The notes: a model not told the origin generated them from the letters alone. Counted from the stretch's first letter, positions 13,993-27,039 are shown. The stretch is DNA of 64,000 nucleotides from Eledone cirrhosa (GCA_964016885.1 OZ024746.1:74090001-74154000); one strand, 5' to 3'. Made by a program: numbers and translations.

Positions 13993-14039
13993 GATAGATA
14001 GATAGATAGATAGATATATGCATACAAGCGCGTGCACAA

Positions 14040-14072
<33 letters not shown>

Positions 14073-14445
14073 CGTGTGTCTGTATGTGGGTTTGTGTGCG
14101 TTTGTATGCATGCATTAATTTATGTGTCGTATAGTGTATGCAATAGTTGTGATAACGTTTGAAAAAAAAAACAAAAAAAAACTAGTTTCTGGGCCAAACA
14201 GAAAGATGCAAAGACGTTAAGCAGATTACTTGCTTAGAAAAATACTTGACAGAAATGAAGATATGAGCAAGATATCAGGCCTAGATATGGACAGAAAAAT
14301 GAGAAGTTCGGCTAAAAGATTAGTCGGCAAAAGACACTGGTGATAAGAGGTTCTATTAAAGATAAAATGTTAAACAATAGCGGTGAGTTGGTGTGTGGTT
14401 GGGCTAGGATGGACTACCTTACGAATTCACTAGCCACATCACATT

Positions 14446-14506
<61 letters not shown>

Positions 14507-14668
14507 ATCCATTGCCATATCTCCAACCCTACACTTTTCCTTTTTCCTCTGCACAAAACATATTCACCTAAGAATAATTTTTGTGGTTTTGCTCTTTCGC
14601 CTTTTTCATCATACGCATACATACATTTACAAAGCATAGAAACATATGCTATCACGCAAGCACCCTAC

Positions 14669-14760
<92 letters not shown>

Positions 14761-14788
14761 TATACCTACATATATATATATACATATA

Positions 14789-15041
14789 TATAAGCTTTCA
14801 CCGTATTTTAGACTAAAGAAATTTCTAGCCTGATAGTGGGGTTTATAACCCTCGGAGAAATGGAAAAAGATGAGTGTTGCTGTACATGAGAGTCGAACCC
14901 ACATCTTACTCACATCTTTGGAAAGATGTGGGTTCGACACCCATGTACGGCAACACTCATGTTTTTCCATTTCTCCGAGGGTTATAAACCCCACTATCAG
15001 ACTAGAAATTTCTTTAGTCTAAAATACGGTGAAAGCTTATA
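14789..15041. repeat. Fold-back insertion: ~119 bp inverted arms with a tRNA T-arm-like motif near the centre
   Basis: Arms 14789-14907 and 14923-15041. GTGGGTTCGACACCCAT at 14928-14944. Directly follows a (TA)n tract. Confidence 0.85.
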
Positions 15042-15116
15042 ATTTCTAATTTCTAATTTCAAACTCGCGCACCGTTTCAAAAACATACTTACATGTTTAC
15101 GTTTATAATTTGCTTG

Positions 15117-15156
<40 letters not shown>

Positions 15157-15412
15157 CCCACACAATGTCTTACTCTCTCTCTCTCTCTCTCTTCCTGTCA
15201 GTCAGTATATGTTATTAGCCAAGGTTTCACTTCCTCAGTGTTGAATCTCTTATCTTCTCTGACGCTTGTCAACTGAGAGATATAGTAAGGTGCATTATTG
15301 GTTGTGTAAAATGGTCCAATAACTTTATGTTAGCAATATTAAGTTCCCACGCTTTTGTATATCTCAAATTCCATTCAAGGGAACAGCTAGATGATGTAAG
15401 ACGGAGTATAAG

Positions 15413-15800
15413 TATCAAAATGAAAATCCGAAGGCAAGGTAAAATTCCAATCATTTAATCACGACACATGTTTCAATAAGAGATAGATCGATTGTGAAGC
15501 CATGATCGATTATCACTGATCTCATCAGGTGAACTCTGAAAACTTTTATGACCTCAACTGAAGTTAATAGCAGTCGCCGTGTCTCTGACTGATGTGTCTT
15601 CATATGAGGCAATGAATTCTGTGAGAGAACATCGTTATTTTTTTTCTCCCTCATATCAAGAATTTGAAGACAATTCATTTTCACCTGATGAGATCAGTGA
15701 TAATCGATCATGGCTTCACAATCTATCTATCTCTTATTGAAACATGTGTCGTGATTAAATGATTGGAATTTTACCTTGCCTTCGGATTTTCATTTTGATA
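15413..15800. mobile_element. Fold-back insertion: 121 bp arms, HHRs at 15459-15532 (-) and 15681-15754 (+)
   Basis: Arms 15413-15533 and 15680-15800. Plus arm reads TCAC-CTGATGA-GAT...ATT-GAAA-CATGTG-TC-GTGA and ends in (TA)n. Confidence 0.8.
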
Positions 15801-15813
15801 TATATATATATAT

Positions 15814-16824
15814 ATATAAACAAGGTTTAGTAAATAATGAAAAAGTTTCAAAATAAATTTTAAAAAATTGACTTTACCTACTATAGTTACCTTTACCGAT
15901 CGGTTTCGAATCCCAAAAATAAAACGGAGACCATACGGCCTTCGTTGCAAAGAGAGATTCTCGTCAGAAGGTTCTTTTCATTCAAAGAATATAAAATTCC
16001 TGAATTTAAATCACAAACTAGCGCTATCAAAAACTGTTCCTGGGATGAGAGTGGATGATGTAGAACAGGTTTATCAAGGGCCGTAGCAAAGATAGAGGCA
16101 AAAGGTCAAACTAGCCACCGCTGTTGCCAGCAGCAGTCGGAATGACCCGGTTTGTTCTCAAAGTTAGTGGAGGTAGTAGTAATATGAAATACGTCCCTTC
16201 ACGCACAAGTTTATTTTGAAACTTTTTCATTATTTACTAAACCTTGTTTATATTTGTTCTGGCTCGTTAATTTATTAACCCGCCATTGAACCACATTGAC
16301 ACTTGGTTGGACAATACATGCGTACCTTGGCGCCTTGTGCGTGAAGGGACGTATTTCATATTACTACTACCTCCACTAACGTTGAGAACAAACCGGGTCA
16401 TTCCGACTGCTGCTGGCAACAGCGGTGGCTAGTTTGACCTACCTCCTTTTGCCTCTATCTTTGCTACGACCCTTGATAAACCTGTTCTACATCATCCACT
16501 CTCATCCCAGGAACAGTTTTTGATAGCGCTAGTTTGTGATTTAAATTCAGGAATTTTATATTCTTTGAATGAAAAGAACCTTCTGACGAGAATCTCTCTT
16601 TGCAACGAAGGCCGTATGGTCTCCGTTTTATTTTTGGGATTCGAAACCGATCGGTAAAGGTAACTATAGTAGGTAAAGTCAATTTTTTAAAATTTATTTT
16701 GAAACTTTTTCATTATTTACTAAACCTTGTTTATATTTGTTCTGGCTCGTTAATTTATTAACCCGCCATTGAACCACATTGGCACTTGGTTGGACAATAC
16801 ATGCGTACCTTGGCGCCTTGGACG

Positions 16825-16834
<10 letters not shown>
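15814..16834. mobile_element. HHR-bearing element: ~395 bp inverted copy joined to a 483 bp-period partial tandem
   Basis: 15814-16209 is the reverse complement of 16334-16736. 16210-16337 is repeated directly at 16693-16820. Flanked by (TA)n on both sides. The near-identical ORFs 15868-16086(+) and 16464-16682(-) reflect the palindrome. Confidence 0.9.
16578..16661 (+). ncRNA. Type I hammerhead ribozyme (identical inverted copy at 15889-15972, minus strand)
   Basis: ACCTT-CTGACGA-GAATCTC...GGGATTC-GAAA-CCGATCGG-TA-AAGGT. All three stems pair, stem III is palindromic, GUA cleavage site. Confidence 0.88.
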
Positions 16835-16894
<60 letters not shown>

Positions 16895-17225
16895 CACCAA
16901 CCTCCGGCAATGAGTTGTGCCTGCAATTAGAAGTGCCAGCCTTGTCACATTCTGTCTCTGTAAATTGCGTTGTCGATACGCGTGTTTGTGGAATCCTTAA
17001 CCAATTTTACGTTAATTTCACGAGCAAGCTATTTCATTGATCCTATCAATTGGAATTCTCGTCGTCGTAACAGACGGAGTGCCGCTACTATAGCGAAAGC
17101 AGAAATTGAACTTTTAAATTAAACATTTAATCTCTACTAATAATAAATATTTGTTCTTCAGGTTTATATATACTTATATATATGAGACAAACCACAACAG
17201 AAACACAAGCCCTCCATCTCAATTT

Positions 17226-17265
17226 TACTTTTGAAAAGCATAAGAACTGTGAAACCGGTAAAGTA
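17226..17265 (+). ncRNA. Minimal hammerhead ribozyme with U3-A8 variant core
   Basis: TACTT-TTGAAAA-GCA-taagaac-TGT-GAAA-CCGG-TA-AAGTA. A related, more decayed copy lies at 4377-4415. Confidence 0.6.
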
Positions 17266-17285
17266 CATAAATGAATATTCTTAAA

Positions 17286-17395
<110 letters not shown>

Positions 17396-17452
17396 GTCAT
17401 AATAAATGTGAAGACTAAAATCCGAAGAGGGCTCGATAAGGATAATATATAT

Positions 17453-17503
17453 AGTTTCAGAAGATCCCGTTAAGGGTGAAAGCAGCGATTCTTTGCTTAA
17501 ACT
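17453..17503 (+). ncRNA. Decayed or variant hammerhead ribozyme (second copy at 29328-29378, minus strand)
   Basis: AGTTT-CAGAAGA-TCCC-gttaa-GGGT-GAAA-GCA...TGC-TT-AAACT. Position 4 of the core is A in both copies. Confidence 0.45.
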
Positions 17504-17518
17504 TTAATCTGTTATTTT

Positions 17519-17582
<64 letters not shown>

Positions 17583-17645
17583 ATATATATATGTGTATAA
17601 GCAAAAGAAATTGTAAATGCAACTGGAGTCTTTTAAGAATATTCA

Positions 17646-17708
<63 letters not shown>

Positions 17709-18186
17709 GACCCTTAACGCATTGTATTTATTATTATTATTACTACTATTTCATCCTTACGGGGTTGATAAAATTAAGTACCAATAATTTTTTCCATTTT
17801 TCAATCGACTTTAGAAAATCTCTTCAGAGTTCAATATTTTGCACATGAGAAGAAATTTACAAGAGTGAAATACTTATGAAAAGCATAATCCCCTGTCTTT
17901 TCAAGGTAGTCATAAAACGTTTCAGGCTAGTGTTACCTTTTATATTTCTCTGTTTATTAGTAAAATATACATTTTGGAGTACTTTATAACGCAATCAAGT
18001 ACATTTTTAAAATCCTGTGGTACGTTTTATAAAATCAAACCGAAAATTTGTCGTTGTCAGTGAAAGTTTCTAATTTTATATATTATTGGTACTCATCTAT
18101 AATGTACCGAATTCAAGTTGTTTATTGTAATATTGATAAATCCCCAAATCTGGACACTGTAGTTAGTAATCTCTCTCTCTCTATAA

Positions 18187-18252
<66 letters not shown>

Positions 18253-18285
18253 CGTGTGTGTATGCATATGTATATATATATATAT

Positions 18286-18316
<31 letters not shown>

Positions 18317-19132
18317 TGAAAAATGAGGAATCATGTTGAAATTGCGCATGCCCTCTACACAGGGCATCATGTTATGCTTCGTTACGCTGATATACTTCGT
18401 CTAAAAAGAAACGAACGACGCCTACAGACGCACATACACTTGCACTATTGTGCCGCCAGGATACTTTTCGATTGCGGCACATGAAAGTCTTTATTCGTTT
18501 TCTCGATATATGTAATATGACTGAACTATCAAACAACTCCTTTACTCAGCTCAAAATCTTTTAAACGACCACAGTTACACTTATCAAATATATTTGATAA
18601 CATTAAGCTCATTAGTAAAATAAATGTCTGTACATAGTAATTAATCTAATGCCTTTAAACGTAACTATAATGAATCATTTTATTTAAAATAATATTATGA
18701 TTAAAACAGTTTTTATGCGATAAATATATGTTTCTATAGCTCACTCCATTTATTACCTGAAGTGCTACAAATACTTATATATCACATTGAACGAAACTGA
18801 TTAAATTATTTAGTGAAAGTGATACTTAATTAATATCCGTATTTGAATGTGCGGATGAGAAATAATACACATTAACTTGAATCTTATTCCATTAAACTTT
18901 CTTAATTCTAATATCTATAATACTTTAAGTTTAAGAGATATTTATTTACAGAATATATTATCTCGTATCATATATGATAAAAGACGTAGGACTGCTGGGT
19001 CATATGCATATACATACACGCACTCGCAGCCACGCACAAATATCTAAATATCTCTATCTCTCTATCTATATCTATTTATCTATCCACCCATCCATTCATC
19101 AATATATATATTTATTTATTTATTTATTTATT

Positions 19133-19234
<102 letters not shown>

Positions 19235-19479
19235 AGTTTCACAACAGTTAATTCACCATACCACGAACAAATGTTTCACCTTATTCGCATCCTGAGCTCG
19301 GTCTAAATGAAGTTGTACGGAAAAGGAAAAACAACCGTACGAGAACGCATGTGCAGAAACAGTCACTTCTCCCGGGAAAATAAACCCACGATACGTCGAT
19401 GTAAGGGAGATGACTGTGGATGTCCGAAATAAATTATTCAAGTTATTCAGAATATTATAGATTGTTGATGTTAGTCAAT

Positions 19480-20650
19480 CTGGAGCTTTGAATTATGTAA
19501 TAATTGTTTCCAGACGTGTGGACAACGTGAAAAAGTTCATTCCTTGAATTTAGGCAATCATTACTATGTTACCTTCTCAGGATATTGATCCTTTCTTCAA
19601 TGCACAAACCACAAGACGGATTCCCCCTTGCTTAGACTTAGTAATAGCTTTCCATTGAATGGAGTAATTTACGCCTGAGTCCTTGAGAGACCATACGTGG
19701 CTCGCGAGTTTCATTGACGATCGTTTGTTTGGGTATCTAAAGGTCGACTTATGGTTCAGGAAGCGTTCCTTAAACCGACCCTCGGCCATACCTACATAGG
19801 GTTTAACTTCTTGTTGATTTGGTCGGTTAGAAGTGATCACAGCTTTGTAAATTACAGCAGGTGTGTTGCATTGTTGTTGAAGGGGACAAGCTTCAGGCTT
19901 TCGGCAAGAGCATCCTGGTGGGGTGCTGCTCTTAGGGATGTTGGCCTTCATATTCTTAGCGCGGGAGTATCTTAGTTTCACCCTGTGTCTATTAAAGATG
20001 GAGCGGTATTTGTGACCTATGGGGAAGTTTCTATCTAAGAGAGCAAAAAAATATTTTCCTACATTAGTTTTAACATTGAGTGAGAAGGGCGGGGAGAACC
20101 CAAATTGTTTTTCTATTAGCAAGATTTCTTTTCCTATTGCTGTTGGTGTTAGCAGGGGAAGAAGTAATTAGTTGCGAGAAGCCGGTGTTAGTTAACGCGG
20201 CGTTGTAGTAGGGTGCAGCTCTGTCAAATATTGCTTTATTAGAGGAGAGGTTAGAGATTCTAGTACCGATATTATTCACTAAATTTCTAAAAACTGTAGG
20301 AGGGTGGCATGAGACCTTGTGTATGTTATTAAGTTTCTCATTTAGTTTATGGGTGAGTCGAAAGGTGCGTGTGTGAAGATCTAAATTTATGTCTAAGTAA
20401 TCTATGCTAGTGAGGTTGGTACCTACCGTTATCCTAAGTGCTAACCCATTAGAAGTAGTAATTAAATCTTTTTAAAACGGTGCAGGTCATGATCACGTTA
20501 ATGGCTCGATGGGGTCAGACCATCGTCGCGGTATAATCCCGTGTGGAAGTCCGGGAATCTAGTACATAACATATCTAATATAAATAAACCAACCAAGCTG
20601 CATTCGTCAGCTCTATCGAATGATCCCATTGAGACGTCGTCGAATAGTTC
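19480..20650 (-). pseudogene. Penelope-like element (Naiad-like) RT plus GIY-YIG endonuclease, 5'-truncated and frameshifted
   Basis: Minus strand across frames gives MGSFD, GLYRDDGL (RT catalytic motif), IDYLDINLDL, SCHPP, FSPPFSLNVKTNVGK, CSCRKPEACPLQQQC, VIYKA...YVG (GIY-YIG), FKERFLNH and CGLCIEE. Includes ORFs 19577-20122 and 20070-20279. Confidence 0.88.
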
Positions 20651-20834
20651 TGAAGTAGTTGTATGTAGTTATATTATATATATTTCAATGACATGGTTAT
20701 GCAATGGTTATATCATTAAACATTTCCATGTGACATCATCAGATGCTTTACAATTATGTTGTGCCGTTATGAAAGTATGCAGTTATATATGCCGGTAACT
20801 TTTTACGATTTTGGTGTGATGCTAGCGTTACTGG

Positions 20835-20919
<85 letters not shown>

Positions 20920-21667
20920 CTATAGAGTATATGTCCAGAGAATTATTTGATAATATATATACATTTGATAATATATATACAAGGATATATTTTAGAGTTA
21001 TATATATATATATATAACTCTATAACTCTAAAATATATCCTTACTATGAAAAAAAAAAACAGAAACAAATACCCAAGCCTCTGTTACAAAACGCTGAAAA
21101 TCAAACTGTGGAACATGCTTACAACTAATTCAAGGACCAGAATTCAGAGTAAAAGAACATTTTACCCGCAGCACAGAAAACATGTGATTACATGCCGTGA
21201 ATGTTTGCGAAATTACATAAGACAAACAGAAAATCATTAAAACCATACACCAAACAAATGACCATACACCGCCAACAAATCTGTGATGACTTGTCTAGCT
21301 ACCATAAGTGTAGATAATCTGTCTGATGAAACATTTTTGTATAATGAAAGCTCTGTGCAACAGACATCTGAAAACAACAACAACAAACAATCTGAAATGA
21401 AAAACAGCAACATACATACACATAAAAATAAATAAATATACCGAAACAAAAGAACAGCAATATCATATACACATACCCACAATAACAACAGCAATAACAT
21501 TGACATGTGCAGGATAAGACTTACCCAACATCTTAGATTTTCCACTCTCCAAATGTGCAGACCCTTTCGTTCAACAGCTTGGAATAAAGAAATAAGAACA
21601 AATTAGTAAATTAACAAATATAAACCACAACTAAATATATATTTATACCCCTTAGGCAATAAATAAT

Positions 21668-21837
21668 AGTTTCTACTTTTGGCACAAGGCCAGCAATTAC
21701 ACCAGTGTATTACTGGTACTTTATTTTATCGAACCCCATAAGGATGAAAGGCAAAGTAAACCTTAGCGGGATTTGAACTCAGATCATAAAGAGCCGTAAC
21801 TCTATGCTGCAAAGCATGGCATCCGACCCTCTACTAA
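21668..21837 (-). mobile_element. tRNA-derived SINE, slightly 5'-truncated, 15 bp TSD
   Basis: Family match. TAGGCAATAAATAAT at 21653-21667 and 21838-21852. Confidence 0.92.
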
Positions 21838-22444
21838 TAGGCAATAAATAATGATCTACAGATGGAAATAACCCAGTTACACACATCTGTATGCAATGGT
21901 ATGTGCAACCACACAAACACCCAAACACATATATACCATGGAACAAAAGGAAAATCCCAAACTGCAAAGAAACTTCGACTAAAAACCTTTTCTTGATTTC
22001 TTTTCTCTCTTTTTCTATCTATCAATTCCTCTAAAAAACCCTTATTTGGCAAATGTAACCCGCCACTCCCCCCAATGGACTATTTCAACCGCTTATAGCC
22101 CTTCATTCTTTTATTCCATTTAATAAAGTAATTATAAAATTATCTATGTGATTAAAGTAATTATAAAATTATCTGTGGGATTAAAGAAAAATATAACCCC
22201 TGTACTTTTTCATTTTTACTTTCTATATATATATATACAAATATAAATTAGCGAGAATCGTATTTCGGCTTTGGAATTAGCGAAAAACAACTTCCGATTT
22301 ATGTGGCAAGCGCTCAATAATTCTGACGAACCAGAGCTACAACATACGTTAAAGGCCAAACACACTGAGACGATGGTTAAACCGTCATCCGCACAACCAT
22401 AGAAACGACCAAGTAATTCGGGTCAAACAAATAAAAAAATGTGT

Positions 22445-22547
<103 letters not shown>

Positions 22548-22587
22548 ATATGTGTATGTGTGTGTGTATGTGTGCGTGTGTGTGTGC

Positions 22588-22629
<42 letters not shown>

Positions 22630-22635
<6 letters not shown>

Positions 22636-22796
22636 TTCGTATATCTAATGATGTACGGTATGTTTACGAATAAACATCTAGCTAGCACCGTCTAGCGGAA
22701 TCCGGTAGCCGTCTGCTTTTCAATATTCATAACTAGAAGGCTTTCCACATGTTTATTCGTAAACATACCGTATATCACTGGATATACGAAATTCAC
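22630..22796. repeat. Imperfect ~48 bp inverted repeat between (TG)n and (TA)n tracts
   Basis: GTGAATTTCGTATATC..TGAT.TACGGTATGTTTACGAATAAACAT (22630-22677) versus its reverse complement at 22749-22796. Confidence 0.8.
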
Positions 22797-22839
22797 ATAT
22801 TTATATGTATACAGCTATGTCGGATCGAAACGTTAATTA

Positions 22840-22879
<40 letters not shown>

Positions 22880-22883
<4 letters not shown>

Positions 22884-23000
22884 AAGAGTACACTGGATCT
22901 CCCTGCAACAAGTCTTAACACCCCGGCGGGCAGGCGCTGCAAAATAACACCCAGAAAACAATCCTTGCATACCAGACCCAGCCTCAGACAAACGGATGCG

Positions 23001-23036
<36 letters not shown>

Positions 23037-23285
23037 ATCCGGGAAAGACTGCCCTAACACCGGCCAGAGTTACCTCCCTTGACCTGCTGCAAAATCAAAA
23101 CAAGATATTTTTGCGAGCAATGAATCTTGATGTAGATTTAACCCCCAAAACTCTTTCCGAACTATATATGGAACACTTGTGATTATTTATGCCCTTGAGA
23201 AGCCCAACTGGGCGAAACGTACGTAGGTGATATTTTAAATAAACATGTTTTAACGGTCTATTCTCCGATTTTTACTTTCCCACGT
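22880..23285 (+). mobile_element. 3' fragment of a Penelope-like element with a variant HHR at 23191-23229
   Basis: Starts with ERVHWISLQQVLTP (resembles the Neptune C-terminal E..WI..L.TL.P motif). Then CC-TTGAGAA-GCCC-aact-GGGC-GAAA-CGTACG-TA-GG and AATAAA. Bounded by (TA)n. Confidence 0.55.
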
Positions 23286-23311
23286 ATATATATATATATA
23301 TATATATATAT

Positions 23312-25012
23312 AATGGAAAAATGTGAACAGGAACAAAACAGAGAGGCAGTACAACGAATGTTTATTAATTTCACGCTCTGGAGAGTGGGGTGGTGGTGGG
23401 GAACGACGTTTCGGGCATACGCCCTTCCTCAGGTGAGAAGTTTGTGGGAACAGAGTTCAAAGGGTGTGTAGGGGAGTGGTGGAGAGACATATAGCGAAAG
23501 GAAACGGTGCGAATGAAATTAAAAATAAAAATAAAAATAAAGCATGATCAAAATAAAAGGAATGAAATAAAAATAAATATAAAAGCATGATCAAAATAAA
23601 CTGAAATTAAAAAGGGGTAAAACAGGTGGTGGAAGGGTGTGGGGTGTGTAGGGGTGGTGGCGGGTGGAGTGGGGAGAGGGAGACGGGGTGTCCGAGCGGG
23701 GAGGGCTGAAGGTGGTGTGTGTGTGTAGGTGTACGTGTGTGTGTGTGTGTGTGTATGTGAAAGTAAGGGTTGGGGGAAGAACGGGGTTGCATGTTCAGGA
23801 AGAGGTGTGTGTGTGTGGGGGGGGGGGGGGTTGTAGGTCGGAGTGTCTGTGCGTGTGTGGATAGAGGGGTGGGGGAGAGGAATCAGGAGGCTGAGGGTGT
23901 AAATATGTGGTGGAAAGCACGTGTGTGTGGGGTTTAAGCGTGTTGTGATGTAGGTGGCATGTGGGAGAAAAAAAATTTTTGGGGTGTGTGTGTGGGTGAG
24001 TTATATAGGTGATTCCGTAAGAGGATGGTTGAAATGTTGGTAAAATCCGAAGGTGTTTAGTGGATTCTGTGGTGGTCAATTTCTGCGTGCGAGTATTCCA
24101 TGAAGAGATGGTCGGAAGAGGAGAGATGTGGGGTGCGCGCGCAACAGGAAGTGGTCAAGCGGTGGGAGTGCTGTGTGTCTGTTTGTGCTGGGAGGTGGTC
24201 AGAGGGCATAGCAGCAGTCAGGTGGAATGGTAAAGGGGCGAGGATGGGTAGGTGTGAAAGTTGGAGTGAGGAGGGTGTGTGTGTGTATTAGTAGAGGTGT
24301 TAGTGGGATGAGTGAGTGTGGAGCGAGGGTGTGGGTGGAGCGGGGAGAGAAGGGTGTGTGTGGTTCTATGGAGGGAGTGTGGTGTACTGGTGTGTGTGTA
24401 GTTTGATGAAGGGGGTGTTAGTGGGTGTTAGTATACGGGAGGTGGGGAAAGGGTTGAATGCAGGTGTGAGTGGGGGTTAGTGGTGGTAGGGTGTGTAGAG
24501 TTGGTGGTGTACGAGGGTGTGTGGGTACGTGTGCGTGGGGTTGGGGGTGTTAGTGATGTTAGTTGCGTGTGGGGTAGGTGGTGTAAGTGGGTGCGTGTGT
24601 TCGTGTGCTTGGGGTCAGGGGGTGTTAGTGAGGTTAGTTGCGGGGTGGTGGGATGGAGGTGTGGGGGTGAGGGTTAGTGGTGGTAGTAGGGTGTGTGTTT
24701 AGTGTGAGCGCGTGTATATATGTGCCGGTGGGGGTGTGCGTGTGATAAGGAGGGGGGAGGAGGAGAAGAAGGGAGGGATGTTAGTATGTTAGTTGGGGAA
24801 GGGTGGTCGGATGAGGGGTGGAGTGGAGGTGTTAGTATTGTTAGTTGTGGGGTGGGCGGGGAAAAGGAGGGGTGTGTTAGTGGTGTTAGTGGGGGATAAG
24901 TGTGGGGGGAGGGGGGCGGTCGAAGGCTAAAGGAATAAGGGTGGGGAGTTCAGGCCGGAGGGAGTGTGGGTCTGTAAGATGAAGATAGTTCTTTGTTCAA
25001 CTCTAAGGCGAT
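23312..25012 (-). mobile_element. 5'-truncated Neptune-like PLE: ORF C-terminus, ~1.5 kb C/A-rich 3' region, minimal HHR
   Basis: Minus strand from 25010 reads RLRVEQRTIFILQTHTPSGLNSPPLFL* (L.T..P.GLN motif). HHR core CTGAGGA-A-GGGC-gtat-GCCC-GAAA-CG-TC at ~23403-23435. AATAAA near 23365. (TA)n on both sides. Confidence 0.7.
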
Positions 25013-25069
25013 TATATATATATATTAATTCAAAATATTAATAAATATAGACATTCATGTGATCAAATA

Positions 25070-25135
25070 TATTTTATTATATATATTTCAGAGGTACTGT
25101 GCTGTTTCCTCAGTACGTCCTCATCAGATAAAATA
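25070..25135 (-). ncRNA. Type I hammerhead ribozyme, same family as 6137-6201
   Basis: TATTTTAT-CTGATGA-GGACGTACTG...CAGTACCTCT-GAAA-TATATA-TA-ATAAAATA. Stems I and III are identical to the 6.1 kb copy; stem II differs in sequence but still pairs. Confidence 0.82.
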
Positions 25136-26128
25136 AATTGATGTCTGACATACCTCAATTGTGCTGATGGTTCAATTCCAGTCTTGGCAGTGATTAGTTA
25201 TGACAAAACTCAATATTTATATACCATGAGTAGTAACATGACAAACTACATATAATTGAGAGGGTACGTAGGAAAATGTGTAGAAAAAATAAAATAAATA
25301 CATATATAGATAAGTAAAATACATAAACACATTACATAACTGTTAAATATTTAAATAATTAAATATGTAAATATCTGTATTAGAAAAAAAAACAAATGAG
25401 AGAGAGAGAGCTAAATAGAGGAGAAAAGGAAAAGATAGAGAGATGAAGATAAAAACGAAGAAAGGGAGATATAGATGGTATAATATAATTACATAAGGAA
25501 AAGAAGAATAAAGGTATATGATGCGTGACCGTTTTTTTTTTCAAATATTAAGTTAGGTAGAAACGATCAATTAAATACCGTGGAATTTTTACTCTATAAT
25601 ATTTGAAAGAAATTATACTATTATATTATATCAAAATTAAAACATATTTTCAAAGATAATCTGGAGCAAATTTAAATTAGTAAATACATTCAATAATTTA
25701 GTTATAAAATTCAAAATTCAAAATACTATTAACTAACAATGGTGCTTACAAATATAGTAAATATGATATTATTAAACTTAACTTACTTAGATATTAGCAT
25801 CTGTATAAGCATTTTATATAAACAATACTATTTAAATCGATATTTGTCAATTACATATATGATTAATTATTAGTTATATTTACACTTGAGAGTATTAATA
25901 TTTCGATTCAACCATATTTTACTGTATTCAATACTATAAATCAAGTTAAATACAGATTATGAATCAATTTAGATAAAACGAAACTTATACACGATAAATG
26001 TAAACAATATCTTCGAACGACGTATCCAACCGTTTAAATTAAATTAAACAGTTTAAAAGTCTGAAAATATTACAGATCCCAAATTTATAAAATACAGGAT
26101 TTAAAAAGAGGATTCTAAATCGAAACTA

Positions 26129-26401
26129 AAGGTATTTAAACAATCAAGAGATTATCATACTCTTTTATTCTCAAATTGCCTCCATAAATCTGCAACAACA
26201 TTTCAAGCATCATATAAAATTAAGAAAAGACATTGACTGAGTGAGAAAAGATATTGACTATTATTAATAATTCTTGTAATGCTTCTATTATTGCTATTAT
26301 TGCTATTATTGTTATTGTGTATAATGTTTCTACCTCACCTTAGGAAATTCATACCTGTTCTTTAAAAGAGTATGATAATCTCTTGATTGTTTAAATACCT
26401 T
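26129..26401. repeat. Perfect 39 bp inverted repeat with ~195 bp spacer
   Basis: AAGGTATTTAAACAATCAAGAGATTATCATACTCTTTTA (26129-26167) and its reverse complement at 26363-26401. Confidence 0.85.
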
Positions 26402-27039
26402 CATAGTGTAGTCATGTTACATTAAAAAAACTATAGTTATTCGACTCTAAAGACTGTGTGTATGTGTTCCCTTATAGAACATCTCTCCCGCTCTCTATAT
26501 ATATGTATAGTTGCCGTCTACTCACTACGTTATTTATAAATTTAAGTCTACGGTAGCAGGTAATAACTCATAGTGCAGCGAAGTGAGCACAAGCCGAAAA
26601 CCACGTTGTTGAAAATCAAAATTCTAAATCTCAAACTCCTGCTTGGTTACGAAATAGAAACAATTTACAGAGACAGAATGAGACAAAGCGAAAGAGAGAC
26701 ATCCTGTGTTCACGTATGTAAATGAAAGAGAAAAAAGTCGACATGGAGAGGAAGAAAAAGTTAGATGAAGTAGAAATTAGAGGAGATAGCCGAACAGAAA
26801 AGAAAAATACAAAAATGAAAAGATATGCATCTGTAAGAAAGAAATTTCAATAGATAGATAGAGAGATAGATAGATAGACAGATACAAGAAGAGATGAATG
26901 GAGAGAAAGGCAGGTACGTTGCTAAATAGAGAGAAATGGGGACAGGAATTAAAACCTAGTTTGCAAATAGCTAATATAGAGAATGGTGGTGAAAATATAG
27001 AGGTGTTAGAATGAGAACAAACGATATGTGTGTGGGTGT

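Noticed and set aside
15868-16682. Near-identical 72 aa ORFs on opposite strands (likewise 5974-6183)
   Set aside because: By-products of the palindromes. They have non-ATG starts and no recognisable domain, and they overlap the ribozyme motifs.
19500-19930. Possible selenocysteine (in-frame UGA) usage, as reported for some Naiad elements
   Set aside because: The Cys positions I can read (CSC..C...C, CGLC) are ordinary Cys codons. The TGA ending ORF 19577-20122 arises after a frameshift.
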